A stretch of 39,584 nucleotides of DNA from the NCBI GenBank assembly GCA_027319565.1, contig DAHVNA010000017.1:1-39584 (forward strand). The letters are read 5' to 3'. Below the pieces are notes generated by a model that had not been told where the DNA came from, did not search any database, and worked only from the letters and a program-made list of their open reading frames with translations. Position numbers and translations under genes: made by a program. Shown one piece after another: positions 37,001 to 39,584 of the stretch. Source of the stretch: Elusimicrobiota bacterium. Its GTDB lineage: Bacteria > Elusimicrobiota > Elusimicrobia > UBA1565 > UBA9628. Positions within the stretch are counted from its first letter, which is position 1; the number at the start of each line of letters is the position of its first letter.

Positions 37001-39490
37001 ATGAAAAATCAAAAAATGTTTTTGAGCTCTCTCTTATCTTTGTCCTTGTCTCTTTCTTCTTTAAGTCCCGCCTTCGCCGGAATGAACGTCGAAAATGAGG
37101 TTCCCAGAGGACCGGAAAATGTTTCGCCAATGGCGCTCGCCCCTTTTGATTTTTCAGTTCAAAATATTCCAGAACTCTCGGGAGGCCAATCAGAATTATC
37201 AGGATTAAAAGAAAAGTCTCTTCCCAGTTTGGAGTCTCGGGCGGTTTTGCTCCCGTCCAAAATTTCTCGGGTTCAAACTCAAGAAATTTCTCCCGCTGTC
37301 GTTCAAAAGCGGGGCCAAGGGCTTTTAAAACCAACGCGCTTTTCCGCGATTTTGAGGCATTTGAAGAAGATTTTGGGTCGCGGGGTTTTTCAAAACTCCA
37401 ATCAACCCATCGAAAAGATTAATTTTGACGGCCAATCCGCTTTTTCAAGCGCGTCTCTAGGCGTTCGACAGAAACCCTGGCAGAACGAGAAAACTCCGCC
37501 TTCTCTTGATCGCCGTTTTTTGCTTGAGCCCCCCAACAATGGAATTGTCTCTCTTAAAGAATTTCACCTTTCCGCCAATTCCGCTTCCCCGCAGGGCGAA
37601 CAACCGCTGACTCTCAACGCCGATCCTTCGGACATGGCTTCAATTGAAAAGGCTTTGCGGCAGGAAGTGGACTCTAACCCGGAGAAATACGGGCTTTCAA
37701 ATCAATATGGAACTCCGAATCTGCAGATGGCGACGGTTCATGTCGTTAAACTTTCGGGACAAGCCGATCAGGCCGACAGCATCATCGCGGTTTTTAGACA
37801 ATGGCAAAAAGGGGTAGACCGAGACGGCTCTCCTTATTATCTTTTGGTTGACGGCGCAGACCTGCGCTTTCATATGAAGGTTTTAAACGGCAAGCCGATT
37901 GTGATGGGAATCGAAGGCGGGTTTACCCCGGGAATCGACCCGGCCATCATGAAACCGGGTTATGACGATAGTCAGCTTGAAGAGATTGCCCTCAAACAAT
38001 TGTCTTCGGGGCCGTCCAACGGCGGAAATTCGGCGGACAACGTGATTCGCCCAAAGGTGCCGGGACATTTCAATTTGGGAAACGCGACTCCGCAAGTGGT
38101 TTTGATGGCGCGGGAAATCGTTTATCTTTCGGGAGCCTGGAGAGCGGTTAATATTTATCAAGGCAATTCCCTTTCCGGAGGACAAAAAATTATTCTCGTC
38201 GATGTTAAAACCGGAGAAGCCTTTCCGTTGGGAGCGGACGGAATTCTTAGTCGCTATCGCGCTGCCGCGGAAAATTCCGTTTCCGGGACGGCCCTGGGGC
38301 GCGGAACCTTGTTGACCGATGACGGGCAGGACCATGGCCCGATTGGAGAAATGCCGTTACCCAACGCCAAGATTTTCGATTCTCAGGGGCGCGTGATTAC
38401 GGTGACCGATGAGAACGGCAATTTTACGATTCCCGCCGGCGTTAATGACGGGAAGCCGATGCCGATTGTCGTGCGCCTAGACGGGATTTACGGTCCGGTG
38501 ATCGATGATGATTCCTCTGACTCCCCTCTAGTCGCCAATTTAACCGTCAAACCGGGAGAAACCGTTCGCGTGACCGTCAACCCTGACGGGGATAACGAGC
38601 AAAGCGCGGCCAGCGTCAACGCCTATGTTTATTCTTATCGCCTCTTTAATTGGTTTAAGTCTTATCTCGGGCTTTCCGATCCCCGCTTTTACGTTCCCTT
38701 GGCGGGTTCGATTCATACAAACGGGACCAGTCTTCCGGGAAACGCCGATTATGACCCCATGACCGACGGTTTTTATTTAATGAAACGGGCGACGCTACCT
38801 GAGAAAATTCGCGGCAAGGATGGACAAATTAAGACCGTGATGGTCACCTTTGAAAACACCTCGCAACCTTCCATCTCTCTTCATGAACTGGGACATCGTT
38901 TTGTCCAAAGAGCTTCCCAGCTCAATTTAACCGATGAGCAATTGAACTCTCCATCATATCGTTTCGTTAAAAATCCGATTAGCCCCGTGATGGGCTCGGG
39001 CTCTAACGAGGCGACGGCCGACACCATTTCCATGTTTATGAGAAATAGCCCGGTCATTGGAAACGGTTTTATCTTAAATCCTCTGCCTGGAATGCCGGCC
39101 ATCATCCGAACCGGAGAGAATAAGACCGCTTATGATTCTAAAAATCCTGACCCTCACAATCAGGGGGAAACCCAGATGGGGACGGCCTGGATGAGCCGCA
39201 AGGATATCATGGTCGCGATGGGAGAAGCGGAAGGCGCTTTCCGCTCGGCTTTGATTTTTGTCCTGGCGCAACTCTATGCCCAGCCCGAAGATCCCGTCAG
39301 CGCCTTGACCCACGCCCTTTTGGCCGATATGTCTAAAGATGGAAATACTCCGCATGAGGCCATCATCCGCTCCCATGCAAAAAACGATCACGGCCTTGAT
39401 CTTCCGGCTTCTCCGTCTTTTCCCTCAAGCCAAAATCTTGCCTCGAAAAATTCCCCCGAGACTTCTCCGGCGGGGAAAACCGTTCGGTAA
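37001..39490 (+). CDS. Secreted zinc metallopeptidase, thermolysin/fungalysin (M4/M36)-like
   Basis: Signal ending in 'PAFA'; PepSY-like 'LVDVKTGE'; 'HELGH' (HExxH), third ligand in 'NEATAD', and 'DPHNQG'. Confidence 0.8.
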   Translation: MKNQKMFLSSLLSLSLSLSSLSPAFAGMNVENEVPRGPENVSPMALAPFDFSVQNIPELSGGQSELSGLKEKSLPSLESRAVLLPSKISRVQTQEISPAVVQKRGQGLLKPTRFSAILRHLKKILGRGVFQNSNQPIEKINFDGQSAFSSASLGVRQKPWQNEKTPPSLDRRFLLEPPNNGIVSLKEFHLSANSASPQGEQPLTLNADPSDMASIEKALRQEVDSNPEKYGLSNQYGTPNLQMATVHVVKLSGQADQADSIIAVFRQWQKGVDRDGSPYYLLVDGADLRFHMKVLNGKPIVMGIEGGFTPGIDPAIMKPGYDDSQLEEIALKQLSSGPSNGGNSADNVIRPKVPGHFNLGNATPQVVLMAREIVYLSGAWRAVNIYQGNSLSGGQKIILVDVKTGEAFPLGADGILSRYRAAAENSVSGTALGRGTLLTDDGQDHGPIGEMPLPNAKIFDSQGRVITVTDENGNFTIPAGVNDGKPMPIVVRLDGIYGPVIDDDSSDSPLVANLTVKPGETVRVTVNPDGDNEQSAASVNAYVYSYRLFNWFKSYLGLSDPRFYVPLAGSIHTNGTSLPGNADYDPMTDGFYLMKRATLPEKIRGKDGQIKTVMVTFENTSQPSISLHELGHRFVQRASQLNLTDEQLNSPSYRFVKNPISPVMGSGSNEATADTISMFMRNSPVIGNGFILNPLPGMPAIIRTGENKTAYDSKNPDPHNQGETQMGTAWMSRKDIMVAMGEAEGAFRSALIFVLAQLYAQPEDPVSALTHALLADMSKDGNTPHEAIIRSHAKNDHGLDLPASPSFPSSQNLASKNSPETSPAGKTVR

Positions 39491-39523
39491 GCGAGAGAAC
39501 TCATGAGACAAGCGCTTTCAATC

Positions 39524-39563
39524 TGGGTCCTTTGCCGGACCAGGCCTAGGACTTTAGACCCAT
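39524..39563 (+). promoter_or_regulatory. Two-box palindromic upstream motif (probably for the next gene, beyond the window)
   Basis: TGGGTCCTTTGCCGGA-N7-TAGGACTTTAGACCCAT. Confidence 0.7.
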
Positions 39564-39584
39564 ACGGATTTTTAAATAAGGGAA

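Noticed and set aside
36927..39563. Direct repeats flanking the peptidase read as mobile-element ends or a CRISPR array
   Set aside because: Only two copies 2.6 kb apart with a divergent internal spacer, no transposase or cas genes, and a fixed distance to start codons, which fits a promoter motif better.

Overview
Bacterial (diderm) chromosomal region of mostly cell-envelope genes, with no phage, integrase, transposase or CRISPR signal. Gene style suggests Elusimicrobiota, but this is inference only. Left to right: a partial membrane/TPR protein; an AAA_14/DUF4143 ATPase; an lptE-epimerase-rfbB-tdk operon; a GT-C type glycosyltransferase with a receiver protein and gpmA; lpxL; a PilZ protein; a secreted protein-hutU-SCO-cytochrome c-tatA run; SEC-C, MBL hydrolase and lipoprotein genes; a 1918-aa SprA/Sov-like outer-membrane protein behind a sigma70 promoter, an unidentified structured RNA and a variant c-di-GMP-I riboswitch; an ABC-2 transporter; bamA-skp-lpxD-lpxC-fabZ-lpxA; a GH57 enzyme; a small lipoprotein; tRNA-Leu; a HEAT-HEAT-exbB-exbD-tonB operon; and a secreted M4/M36-like peptidase. 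Most unusual: (1) an intact tRNA-Phe(GAA) lies in frame and on the same strand inside the N-terminus of the first HEAT lipoprotein gene; (2) riboswitch control of a T9SS-SprA-like protein with a second RNA domain upstream; (3) a recurring two-box palindromic promoter motif in front of apparently leaderless secreted-protein genes; (4) two 62-bp REP-like repeats.
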